In this document: piece by piece, positions 55,066 to 64,000 of the stretch
Position numbering within the stretch: the stretch's first letter is position 1
Layout of the letters: every line of letters begins with the position of its first letter
IMG/VR virus record: IMGVR_UViG_3300021963_009201
Coordinates: 126,034-190,033 of that record
Strand: one strand, 5' to 3'
Length of the DNA stretch: 64,000 bases
Origin: a virus
The notes under the pieces: model-generated
What the model was told of the DNA's origin: nothing
Database searches by the model: none
Seen by the model: the letters and a program-made list of their open reading frames with translations, nothing else
Program-made: the position numbers and the translations under genes

Positions 55066-57854
55066 TGTTAAACGAAAAAACAAAAGAATTTAGAAACAAG
55101 TTAATAGAATTAGATCGAGAAGAATTACTCGAAATAATTAAAGATCAAAATCCTGAGTATATAAAACAAATAAACAGGATTGAATACGTATTTGCCAATA
55201 AGCTTAAACATCTTACATGGAAAGATGGCACCCCAATAGATGGCCGTGAGGTAACTAAAGAAGAATTAGCCCTCCTTATAGATGAGCCATTTGTTCCCGA
55301 TCAAGAATTAAGCGATTTAGGTTTATCTATTATACAGCAACGTGAACTACATGTCGCAAAAGATGTTGTAACTTGGTCTAAGAATTTCTTGGGTGTTGAG
55401 CCAAGGGTTTACCAGACTTTGATACTCAGACATCCCTCTCTTAGGAAAGTTTTGAGAGCTGGTCGCCGACTTGGTAAGACCGTTAGTATGTCCCTTTTGT
55501 TGTTGCACTATTCTTATACAAATAAGAATGCGAAGTCAATTGTTATTGCACCAATGAAAGCGCAGGTTGAGGTTATTTATAAAGAGGTTTTAAAATTTGC
55601 CTCAAATAGTGAAATAGTTAAGCAGTCAATAACTAGAAATGTTACCAGCCCGCAGTTTGTAATTGAATTTTCTAATGGAAGTCAGATATCATTCTTCACC
55701 TCAGGTATGAGAAGTGGGGGAAAGTGCCTTACACCAGATCATGATGTTTTAACAGAATCCGGATGGAAATCTATAGCTGAAGTTAAAGAGGGCGAAGTCG
55801 TAGCCTCTTATTCCGAAGGTGATTTAGTTTGGAAAAAAGTTTCTCACGCATGGGAATATGATTATGCTGGAGATATGATAAAGCATACTGGGAAGCAGTT
55901 GTCATTTTGTGTTACTCCAAATCATAAATTTTTAGCAAAAACAAGATTTAAGAAATCTAAATATAGGTTTATAGAAGCTGAAGATTTAAAAGATTATAAA
56001 CTTCCAGCGGCAGGAAACCCAACAGACTCTTTAACTAACACATATTCTGGTGATGAACTAGAGTTATGGGGGTGGTGGTTAGCTGAAGGGTCGGGCTTTA
56101 TCGGTAAGATGGCTAGATTCTCTCAGGTTAAAAAGCAAGGAAGAGATAGATTAATCTATCTAGCTAACAGATTGAACTTACATTATACCTGTCCAGCTCG
56201 CGAAATAAGGATAGAGTGGAGACCCCCACTTGAGTGCGGGCAAAACGCCTACAATAAATTTATACCCAGAGATCTTTTATCTGAAGAAAATAGACAAAGA
56301 TTAATGGATGGACTACTGGGTGGAGATGGTTACATTAGGAGAAAAGGGTGGGAGTATTCTTCTTCTTCATGGGCACTCATAAATGATGTTCAAGAATTAG
56401 CTATTAGGATTGGCCTTAGGGCAAATTTACGAGAAAAAGATGTCTCAAACAGATCCATTAATAGGCACTGGGTTGTCTCCGCGTATCCCAGGAAGACTGT
56501 AATGACACACCCAGATCTAATGGAGACAATAAAATATGATGGAAAGATTCACTGCATTACCGTTGAGGAGACCGGTGTATTTTTAACTCGACATAATGGT
56601 TTGGTACATATTACTGGTAATAGCGATGTTGTCCGCGGTCAAGAAGCTCACCTTATAGTTCTTGATGAGTTAGACTACATGCATCCGGACGACCTTATAG
56701 CTGTTATGGCAATGCTGCAAAAGACAGATGAAAATCAGCCAGACAAAGTTTTAATCGGCGCTTCAACACCAACTGGTAAAAGAGAAATATTTTACTCCTG
56801 GTGCACCGACATAGATAATACAGGTCTTTTTAAGGAGTTTTGGTTTCCGTCATATTGTAACCCAATGATGACCAACGAAACCGAAAGGGAACTTAGGCTT
56901 CAGTATACATCTGAAATGGCATATAGGCATGAGGTGGAAGCAGATTGGGGTGAGGACGCGGAAGGCGTTTATCCTAGGAGATTTATAGATGCTTCGTTCA
57001 TAGAGCCTAGCTGGGATTATCGGGCCCAAAGAGAAGAGCAAAAAGCGAAATATGTTTTAGGGGTTGATTGGGATAAATATGGAGCTGGTGTCAATATAGT
57101 TGTTCTAGAGATTAATGAGCAAGCTTCTAGGCATGAGTATTCTGGTCGCGTACGCTTAGCCTATAGGGAAGAGACTATAAGGGAAGAGTACACTTTAACC
57201 AAAGCCGTAGATAGAATCATTCAATTAAATGACATATTCGTCCCAGAACATATTTATGTTGATAGAGGATTTGGCGAAGTTCAAATAGAATTACTACATA
57301 AGTACGGAGTTGAAAATAGGTTATCAGGTTTAGCAACAAAGGTCAAAGGTGTTTCATCTGCTGAAACCGTAGAAATACGTGATCCATTTACTCAGCAAAA
57401 AATGAAAAAAGAGATTAAACCCTTTATGGTTGACAATGTTCGGCAAATGCTTGAAAAGGGTGAAATCATTTTTCCCGCTCAAGATAGTGAATTGTACAAA
57501 CAGTTGAGTGCCTATGTTGTGGCGAGGAGAACTGCTTCGGGCCGTCCAGTTTATGAAGCTTCTGGAACAGCGCAAGATCATGCGCATGACGCTTTAATGT
57601 TAGCATGTCATGCAATTAATGAAAATTATGGCGAACTAATGAAGTCAAGATCTTCAACTAAAACTATAGCAATTGGTAATGAAGCCTTTCTGCCAACCTT
57701 TACTCTTTCCGGAAACTCTTCAGAAAGGTCTTCAGAGCAGGAAATTATAGAAGATAAGTGGGGTAGTGCTGGGTCTGCACCTGTCATGTTTAGGCGGTCT
57801 ATGTCGTATACAGGTAAGCGTGGCAATCGACAGTTTCGAAGGAAGTCGTTCTAA
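55065..57854 (+). CDS. terL: large terminase subunit containing an intein
   Basis: RAGRRLGKT Walker A, LIVLDE Walker B, GASTP coupling motif, GVDWD nuclease motif and HAHDAL. Confidence 0.93.
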   Translation: MLNEKTKEFRNKLIELDREELLEIIKDQNPEYIKQINRIEYVFANKLKHLTWKDGTPIDGREVTKEELALLIDEPFVPDQELSDLGLSIIQQRELHVAKDVVTWSKNFLGVEPRVYQTLILRHPSLRKVLRAGRRLGKTVSMSLLLLHYSYTNKNAKSIVIAPMKAQVEVIYKEVLKFASNSEIVKQSITRNVTSPQFVIEFSNGSQISFFTSGMRSGGKCLTPDHDVLTESGWKSIAEVKEGEVVASYSEGDLVWKKVSHAWEYDYAGDMIKHTGKQLSFCVTPNHKFLAKTRFKKSKYRFIEAEDLKDYKLPAAGNPTDSLTNTYSGDELELWGWWLAEGSGFIGKMARFSQVKKQGRDRLIYLANRLNLHYTCPAREIRIEWRPPLECGQNAYNKFIPRDLLSEENRQRLMDGLLGGDGYIRRKGWEYSSSSWALINDVQELAIRIGLRANLREKDVSNRSINRHWVVSAYPRKTVMTHPDLMETIKYDGKIHCITVEETGVFLTRHNGLVHITGNSDVVRGQEAHLIVLDELDYMHPDDLIAVMAMLQKTDENQPDKVLIGASTPTGKREIFYSWCTDIDNTGLFKEFWFPSYCNPMMTNETERELRLQYTSEMAYRHEVEADWGEDAEGVYPRRFIDASFIEPSWDYRAQREEQKAKYVLGVDWDKYGAGVNIVVLEINEQASRHEYSGRVRLAYREETIREEYTLTKAVDRIIQLNDIFVPEHIYVDRGFGEVQIELLHKYGVENRLSGLATKVKGVSSAETVEIRDPFTQQKMKKEIKPFMVDNVRQMLEKGEIIFPAQDSELYKQLSAYVVARRTASGRPVYEASGTAQDHAHDALMLACHAINENYGELMKSRSSTKTIAIGNEAFLPTFTLSGNSSERSSEQEIIEDKWGSAGSAPVMFRRSMSYTGKRGNRQFRRKSF
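55725..56621 (+). mobile_element. intein with LAGLIDADG homing endonuclease (299 aa)
   Basis: Starts CLTPDHDVLT (block A), VTPNHKF (block B), GWWLAEGS and GLLGGDG (LAGLIDADG), ends ITGN before extein Ser. Confidence 0.9.
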
Positions 57855-59446
57855 TGAGTGGCGATAGTAGGAATCTTAATTATGGGGGTCCAGATCGCCA
57901 GTATGAGCCACCAGTAGGTTCTAATCCTGCTATCAGGAAATTTGCTTCAGTTAAAAGCGGCAATCAGGTTGAAGATTTATTCTTATTACGTAAAAGTTTA
58001 TTAAAGCTTGAAGAAAAAAGTAATCTAGCAATTTCAATGTCCGAAGAAGAATTGTCAGAATTATTTTTAGATCTCAATTCAAGTGAACAAAGAAAAAATA
58101 TAGCAAATAATATATGGTCTAATTTTAACGAAAAACCAAATAACCTTGTCTCCTTCAAGCAGTTAAAGGAGATTGAGGATAGGTCAGACAGATCTTCAAG
58201 GTTTATTATTTCAGAATATAAAAAAGACCTAAGAAAACCAAATGGTAGTAGCGCAATTGAGATTCGCGAACTTGCAAACATAATTTTGTTTGAAATTGAA
58301 AAGATGTCTCAAATAGTCAATACAAAAGTTTTAGAGCAGAACTCAAGCGCTAATAATAGGTTTATAGAAGTTTTTTTAGATTGGACATACAAAACAGAAA
58401 AACATTTAGATAGATTAAATTCTTTTTTTGAAATTCCAAGAAAACAACGCAATAAGATAATTCCCCAAACCGAATTAGATTCTATATCTGAAAATGATGC
58501 AATTAAATATCAAACTTTATTTACGGTAAACATAAATGCATTAAACCAAGAAATAGATGACAAGTTAAATGAAATAAAAAGAAACTTTTTAAACTATTCA
58601 GATATTTTTTATCAAAAAGTAGTTTACCCACTTTTAAACCTTGACGCGAACATCCCTGAAGGTTTAGAGCTAGTAATGAATAAGACTGAATTAGCAGCTT
58701 TTACGGGAGATACAAAAAACGCTGTTGATAGGAATATTATAGTCTCTTTATACGATGCAGCTGATAGAAATGATAAATTTAATAACTCACTTGTTTATAT
58801 TGAGGAAAGAATTTCAGCGAGAGAAAATTACTTATCTTATATTAGGCAGCTCGAACAAAAAGGTAGACGAGCTAAAATAGGCTTAATAGAAAAAGCTCAG
58901 GAGAGCGATTTGGTATTGAGAGAGTTTAATGAGACGTCTTTAGTTAATGACCATAGCGGGCTTACGGACAGGTATGCTGATGACGCCCATTCCCAGTATT
59001 TACTCAAATCCGGAGGGTTACTTTCGGGAGATATTTTTAGTGATAACGATTTTTTGGTAGACGGAATACGACCTTCTAAGCACTCTCATACTGGGGTTGA
59101 TGGTTCGAGAAAAATTAGTGCAAAAAGCATATTAAATAAAACATTAAAATCTTCTAAAGTGTTAGACCAATACTCTGACAAACCAAGTGAGCTTCAGGTG
59201 GTATCATTTAAATCTAACAGCTCGAATGTTGACTGTGATTTAATTTGGTTTACAAAAAATAAAACAAACCTTTATGAAGTAGATTTTAGTTTTATACCAG
59301 ATCAAACTTTTGTTGATCCTGGTCAAGAGGAAGAAGAAGTTCCTCAGCCTCCAGTAGTGGAGGGATATATACCTCCGTTCGAGGCTAGGTCGCCACTATA
59401 TATAGAATGGCTAATGCAGGTTGATTATGAGTTATTTTTTAATTAA
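57854..59446 (+). CDS. putative virion structural protein, paralog 1
   Basis: Shares Y.GP...YEP.VG.N, H..LT.R...DAH.QYLLKSGG and HSHTG.DGS.KIS with 59455-60969. Confidence 0.7.
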   Translation: MSGDSRNLNYGGPDRQYEPPVGSNPAIRKFASVKSGNQVEDLFLLRKSLLKLEEKSNLAISMSEEELSELFLDLNSSEQRKNIANNIWSNFNEKPNNLVSFKQLKEIEDRSDRSSRFIISEYKKDLRKPNGSSAIEIRELANIILFEIEKMSQIVNTKVLEQNSSANNRFIEVFLDWTYKTEKHLDRLNSFFEIPRKQRNKIIPQTELDSISENDAIKYQTLFTVNINALNQEIDDKLNEIKRNFLNYSDIFYQKVVYPLLNLDANIPEGLELVMNKTELAAFTGDTKNAVDRNIIVSLYDAADRNDKFNNSLVYIEERISARENYLSYIRQLEQKGRRAKIGLIEKAQESDLVLREFNETSLVNDHSGLTDRYADDAHSQYLLKSGGLLSGDIFSDNDFLVDGIRPSKHSHTGVDGSRKISAKSILNKTLKSSKVLDQYSDKPSELQVVSFKSNSSNVDCDLIWFTKNKTNLYEVDFSFIPDQTFVDPGQEEEEVPQPPVVEGYIPPFEARSPLYIEWLMQVDYELFFN

Positions 59447-59454
59447 GGATAATT

Positions 59455-60969
59455 ATGTCAGAAGATAGAAACGATCTAAGTTACCAGGGGCCAAATAAAG
59501 AATATGAGCCAGGTGTAGGTGCAAATAGGGATGTTATTAAGCCTTTACCTTTACTTGATGATAGTGGGTATTACAATTTCGATAATTTGGGTTCCCAACT
59601 CGATACTATTATTGAGAAAACAAATTTAATCATAGATAAGTCTACCCAAGAGTTGGGTAAGTTTAGCCTAAAAATCAATAATGAAAAACTTTTAGAAGCA
59701 CAGAATGTTATTTGGCCAGAAAGTATAGCTGATGTAAAAAATTACGTTACTTATAACCAGTATAAGGCACTTGAACCGAGGACAGATAGGGCGTCTAAGT
59801 ATATAAAGGACGCATATAGGGACAGTATTAGGGGTGAAGAGGGTAGTGGGCTTTTTGACATTCAAAAGCTAGCCAATATAGTCAACGTCGAAGCTAAAAA
59901 CGTAAAAGGTTTCATAGATGCATATAATCAGGCTAACATAGATGATTCCGCGCAAAGCAGGATCCAAGAGTTATTCCAAGACTGGGCAAGCTCGTCATTG
60001 CGACATACCGGTCGTTTACTCTCGTTTTTCGAAAAGGGAAAACAAACAAATACATCCCAAATACCAGAACCCCAAATGGCTACGATCACGGAAAGCGACG
60101 CGGTCAGATACCAAGCTCTTTTTAAGGCCAGAATAAACGCTGTAAACTTAGAGATTGACAGAGAAATGTCTAACTTTGAAAGGCATTTTTTAAATTCTTC
60201 TGATATTTTTTACCATAAGTTCCTTGGGCCATCATTGAAGTTCCACTTAAATGCGGGCAGGGATTTGGCTATAATGGGTAACGATAATACCCTACTAGGC
60301 TCTGAAGCAGCTAAGGTAAATGAATCACTATCAATTAATATGGAAACAGCCTTACTTGACTTGTTCCATAGGAGTGAAATTTTTGATTCAAAAATATCTA
60401 CTATAGAAAATGGGATAGGCAGGCGGGAAAGTTTAAAAGAAGTTTTTAAGCAAATGTCTGAAAAGTCAGGCGTAAAGGTAACGGCCTTTATTAGTGAAAT
60501 ACCAGATCTGCCGTCAGACAATTCTTTAGTTCAAGAACTAAAGACCCAAAATACTGTTCAGGAATCCGTATCTGGATTATTCTCTTCGCATAACAGTCTA
60601 ACCGGGAGGGATTCGGCAGATGCCCATCCGCAGTACCTCCTTAAGTCTGGTGGAGAAATCGTTGGAGATATTAGTGTCAAAGATGGCATTAAGATAGACG
60701 GAGTAGATTTCTCTGAACATTCCCATACTGGTGCGGACGGTTCACCTAAAATTAGTGGTTCTAGCATTTTGGATGGAACGCTATCTTCATCTGTAGTAGA
60801 TGTAAGCGAAACCGTTCCTAAACCAATAAATTTAAAGGTTATAGGGTTTGGGGAGGGAGACTCTTCGGGTGAGCTGACCTCAATTTCTGCTAAAATTAAT
60901 TGGGATTCCTTAGATGATGGGCAAGTTTATGAAATTCAAATCACCAAAAGGGATAGTGCTACTAGCTAA
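59455..60969 (+). CDS. putative virion structural protein, paralog 2
   Basis: Colinear motifs with 57854-59446. Confidence 0.7.
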   Translation: MSEDRNDLSYQGPNKEYEPGVGANRDVIKPLPLLDDSGYYNFDNLGSQLDTIIEKTNLIIDKSTQELGKFSLKINNEKLLEAQNVIWPESIADVKNYVTYNQYKALEPRTDRASKYIKDAYRDSIRGEEGSGLFDIQKLANIVNVEAKNVKGFIDAYNQANIDDSAQSRIQELFQDWASSSLRHTGRLLSFFEKGKQTNTSQIPEPQMATITESDAVRYQALFKARINAVNLEIDREMSNFERHFLNSSDIFYHKFLGPSLKFHLNAGRDLAIMGNDNTLLGSEAAKVNESLSINMETALLDLFHRSEIFDSKISTIENGIGRRESLKEVFKQMSEKSGVKVTAFISEIPDLPSDNSLVQELKTQNTVQESVSGLFSSHNSLTGRDSADAHPQYLLKSGGEIVGDISVKDGIKIDGVDFSEHSHTGADGSPKISGSSILDGTLSSSVVDVSETVPKPINLKVIGFGEGDSSGELTSISAKINWDSLDDGQVYEIQITKRDSATS

Positions 60970-61011
60970 TATAGGTTACTATAAGCTTAAGTTTAATGTA
61001 AAGTAAGGTTT

Positions 61012-61452
61012 ATGATGACTGGTTTTTCAAATTATTACGCAAGAGCAGTTGCTAATCATTTTTTTCGTGGCGATGTAGAATCTAGCGCCCAAAGTAGGCC
61101 TAGTGAATTGTTCCTTTCTTTACATAGCTCTGACCCTACGGATGATGGCGATAACAATGAGGAGCTTGAAGGCGGGTCTTATTCTAGGAAATTAATTTCG
61201 TTTGGGCAGCCTGATACAGATCCCGATGGTGCTGGTTTCGTGACTTTTATAATGAACACAACAAATATTGTGTTCCCTAACCTTCCGGCATCAGTGGTCA
61301 GTTATATTGGAATCTGGACAGACAGAGATGCAGGTGAGTTGTTGTTCTCTGACAATATCTATATATCGGCTGCTACTCCAACATCGATCATACTTAATAA
61401 TGGGGACTCCTTATCTATACCCGAAGGTTACCTTAAGATTTATATACAATAA
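61012..61452 (+). CDS. phage tail/baseplate-associated small protein
   Basis: SNY.A....NH..R..LFLSLH.SDP...EL.GG.Y.R..I.F...N...I.FP...SYIGIW....GELL pattern common next to tail genes. Confidence 0.7.
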   Translation: MMTGFSNYYARAVANHFFRGDVESSAQSRPSELFLSLHSSDPTDDGDNNEELEGGSYSRKLISFGQPDTDPDGAGFVTFIMNTTNIVFPNLPASVVSYIGIWTDRDAGELLFSDNIYISAATPTSIILNNGDSLSIPEGYLKIYIQ

Positions 61453-62348
61453 TGGCTACTGTAATCATACCTGTTCAGAAATTAAATATTAGAGCATATT
61501 TTGAACAGCCAGAAAAAATTCAGATTTTAAGATCCCAAATATGGTGGAATTCTTCTTATTCCTGCAGAAGGAATACAGCTATAACGGCACCATCTGATGG
61601 GCTTCCCAAAAACCACCCTATAAGTATTTTTATTCCTAGAGATATATACGATAACGGCAAAGTGCAAGCAGATACCGCTTCAAACTTTAAGGATTTAGAA
61701 GTCCTATACCTAGTTAGTGAAATACCGGACGTATGGAGAAGGCTTCCTAGGGTAGTGGAAAGGGTGTCCGGATATTATAGGGTTAGATTCCTACTTCAGG
61801 AAGACCTTGCCGGAAATTCGGTAACTAATGAGTATTATATATATTACTCTAATCCTTTTAAGACTACAGATTATTCTACGGGAAGCCCTTACACGTACAA
61901 TATCAGCGAACTGGATTGGCCTCTTGAAGTTTTGTTTTCAAATGGCTTAATCTCTTATACTCGACCTGGTGAGCATTGGAATGCTGGAGAGTCTACTACC
62001 GCTGAAGCAAAAGCCGCTTTCCAATTCTACGGCCCTCAGATAAGGGTTATCATGGATAAGGGCCCATCTTTTGGTATCGTAGAGGTGCAAGTTGATTCTA
62101 ACGCTTGGGAAAAAGTAGACTTATATAACAGTACTTTATCTGAAAACGCAATTGTTTTTAGTAAAGCCCAGTTGGGTGAAGGAAGTCATACTATTCGTGT
62201 TAAAGTCACAGGCCAAAAAAATCCCGCATCATCTTCAGCTAATGTTAAGCTTAGGTCTTTTCAGTTGAAAAAGCATAGCGTAGGTTTAGATCTAAAGGAA
62301 GAGCAATATTCCGCCTATTCTTGGTCTGGGAGAATTGCTGGTGATTAA
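61452..62348 (+). CDS. tail protein with C-terminal beta-sandwich (carbohydrate-binding-like) domain
   Basis: F.GP.I.V....GP..GI.EV.VD...G.HTI.V.VTG.KN motif. Confidence 0.6.
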   Translation: MATVIIPVQKLNIRAYFEQPEKIQILRSQIWWNSSYSCRRNTAITAPSDGLPKNHPISIFIPRDIYDNGKVQADTASNFKDLEVLYLVSEIPDVWRRLPRVVERVSGYYRVRFLLQEDLAGNSVTNEYYIYYSNPFKTTDYSTGSPYTYNISELDWPLEVLFSNGLISYTRPGEHWNAGESTTAEAKAAFQFYGPQIRVIMDKGPSFGIVEVQVDSNAWEKVDLYNSTLSENAIVFSKAQLGEGSHTIRVKVTGQKNPASSSANVKLRSFQLKKHSVGLDLKEEQYSAYSWSGRIAGD

Positions 62349-62350
62349 AA

Positions 62351-64000
62351 ATGGCAGATGAAGAACTAGATCTTACAGAAAACCCGCCGGCGGAAAAAGA
62401 TAAACCAGATCCCCTTGACTTGCATCAAGTTCAGGAAACGATTCAAAATTTAGCCCCTAACAACCGTTACATGGTTAGAGTTAGATCTTTAAATAACTTT
62501 AATATTGCTTCTGAATGGTCGGATGCCGTTGAGTTTGTTACGCCGGAAACTGTTCTTACACCTTCGCGCCCTATAAATCCGTTGGATGTTTTTACAACTC
62601 AAGACCTGATTTTATCGTGGACCGCACCAGAAACTAATACTGATGGTTCGGAACTTTTAGATCTAGACCATTACGATATTACGTTTTTCGACAACGAAAC
62701 TGGTCAATCTGTTACTCTATCTAGTCTAGATACTTCCTTTGTTTTCTATTACGCGCAAAATTTGGAATATTTAAAAGATGAAAACAATTTTGCATCCAGT
62801 TCTATTAGGGTATCTATAGTTACTGTCGCAAAGTCTGGTGCTCCGTCTGACCCTGTGACGTTTACTTCAACAAACGAAGAACCGAACACTCCGAGTAGTG
62901 CACCTCTAGTTACAAACTTTACCGGAGATTTCTTTCTTAGGCTTCAACATACCGAGTTAGATTTCTTGAGGTATGATATTAGGGTTAGGAATACTACTGC
63001 TATTGGTAACGTTATTACCAATCCTGAGCTTTTGGGCTCTCAATCTGGCATCATTCAAACTGCGGCGAATGAAATAACTATCACTAAAGCTGAAGTAGAT
63101 GCAATTGCTCAAATGAATTTCTATAACAATAATCGTTACGTTTGGGATTATAGAATTGTAGATATTTTTGGGAATGCTTCAGATTGGTCGGCAACAACGC
63201 AAACTGAGGGTCGTGAACCGCCAGAATTAGGTGGGGCATATACTCCGGGTTCGGGTGGGACTTTTACGAGTCAGTCTATAGGTGTTTCTTCCGTAACAGA
63301 CGCCTCAACAGGGCCTACCGGGACATCATTGAAGTCAAGGGTGTCAACTACATTAGGGCAGATTTACGATGTTAGGCTAGATGAAGAGTCCTTAGTAAAT
63401 GGTCAAGCACTTTTGTATCAAAGTGGAGTTTGGATTAACTCATCCTTCAATACTATAACTGGCCCAACTGGGCCTGATGGAATCCAAGGTTTGACCGGTT
63501 CACAGGGTCCAACAGGCACCATAGGTCCCACTGGATCCACAGGTCCTACCGGAGCGGCTTCAACTGTGACAGGCCCAACTGGCCCAACCGGATCCACCGG
63601 GGCAACCGGTGCGACCGGAGCTACAGGCGCCACTGGTGCGACAGGGCCCACTGGGCCTACCGGTCCAACAGGCGCAACTGGCGCAGCTTCTACGGTTACA
63701 GGTCCAACGGGCGCAACTGGAGCAGCTTCCACTGTTACAGGTCCTACCGGTCCGACAGGAGCAACCGGCGAAGCTTCTACTGTTACGGGTCCGACTGGGC
63801 CAACAGGCGCTACTGGAGCGGCTTCCACTGTTGCAGGCCCTACCGGTCCAACAGGAGCGGCTGGCGAAGCCTCAACCGTGACAGGCCCGACAGGAGCAAC
63901 TGGCGAAGCTTCTACTGTTACGGGTCCGACTGGGCCAACAGGCGCTACTGGAGCGGCTTCCACTGTTACAGGTCCTACCGGTCCGACAGGAGCGGCTGGC
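62351..64000 (+). CDS. tail fibre-like protein with FN3-like domains and collagen-like Gly-X-Y repeats (partial, absent from track)
   Basis: Open frame from ATG 62351 to the window end; L.P...Y.VRVRS.N......WS FN3 signature; [12 protein letters not shown] repeats. Confidence 0.9.
   Translation, partial: MADEELDLTENPPAEKDKPDPLDLHQVQETIQNLAPNNRYMVRVRSLNNFNIASEWSDAVEFVTPETVLTPSRPINPLDVFTTQDLILSWTAPETNTDGSELLDLDHYDITFFDNETGQSVTLSSLDTSFVFYYAQNLEYLKDENNFASSSIRVSIVTVAKSGAPSDPVTFTSTNEEPNTPSSAPLVTNFTGDFFLRLQHTELDFLRYDIRVRNTTAIGNVITNPELLGSQSGIIQTAANEITITKAEVDAIAQMNFYNNNRYVWDYRIVDIFGNASDWSATTQTEGREPPELGGAYTPGSGGTFTSQSIGVSSVTDASTGPTGTSLKSRVSTTLGQIYDVRLDEESLVNGQALLYQSGVWINSSFNTITGPTGPDGIQGLTGSQGPTGTIGPTGSTGPTGAASTVTGPTGPTGSTGATGATGATGATGATGPTGPTGPTGATGAASTVTGPTGATGAASTVTGPTGPTGATGEASTVTGPTGPTGATGAASTVAGPTGPTGAAGEASTVTGPTGATGEASTVTGPTGPTGATGAASTVTGPTGPTGAAG
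63460..64000 (+). repeat. collagen-like coding repeat (GPTG.TG units with ASTVT interruptions)
   Basis: Repeated GGTCCGACAGGAGCAACTGGC / GCTTCCACTGTTACAGGT-type units. Confidence 0.9.

Noticed and set aside
63418-63963. Minus-strand Pro/Val-rich ORF
   Set aside because: Antisense shadow of the collagen-like repeat in the plus-strand tail fibre gene
1-64000. Stop-codon reassignment (as in some jumbo phages)
   Set aside because: Long genes are intact under the standard code, and no suppressor-anticodon tRNA was seen

Overview
A 64-kb segment of a large dsDNA (jumbo-type) bacteriophage, almost certainly infecting Actinomycetota: it carries two WhiB-family genes, an Rpf-type transglycosylase and a DUF732-like lipoprotein. 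There are four blocks. (1) 1-22.6 kb: AT-rich, minus-strand accessory genes with a tmRNA and seven tRNAs, including a rare tRNA-Ile(UAU). (2) ~22.6-37.75 kb: a visibly more GC-rich minus-strand block that looks like an early/host-takeover module, with two more tRNAs, SSB, DUF4326, a 2OG-Fe(II) oxygenase, a SLOG protein, a rhomboid protease and an 876-aa divergent two-barrel RNA polymerase-like gene. (3) 38.3-47.6 kb: peptide deformylase with coupled basic micro-ORFs, a sugar-modification cluster, recA and a Clp-type AAA+ ATPase. (4) 47.6-64 kb: a plus-strand virion/packaging module with an intein-containing large terminase and an FN3/collagen-like tail fibre running off the end. The main discovery is at RNA level. 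In the 2.7 kb leading to the polymerase gene (34255-36962), all seven intergenic gaps longer than a few bases hold repeated structured RNA elements. These are two type III hammerhead ribozymes whose stem III extends over the downstream Shine-Dalgarno, two ~50-nt tRNA mimics, three copies of an unrecognised 39-nt pseudoknot motif, and two copies of a 28-nt pseudoknot directly abutting a hammerhead or the unknown motif. All structures were read by eye; no searches or folding programs were run.
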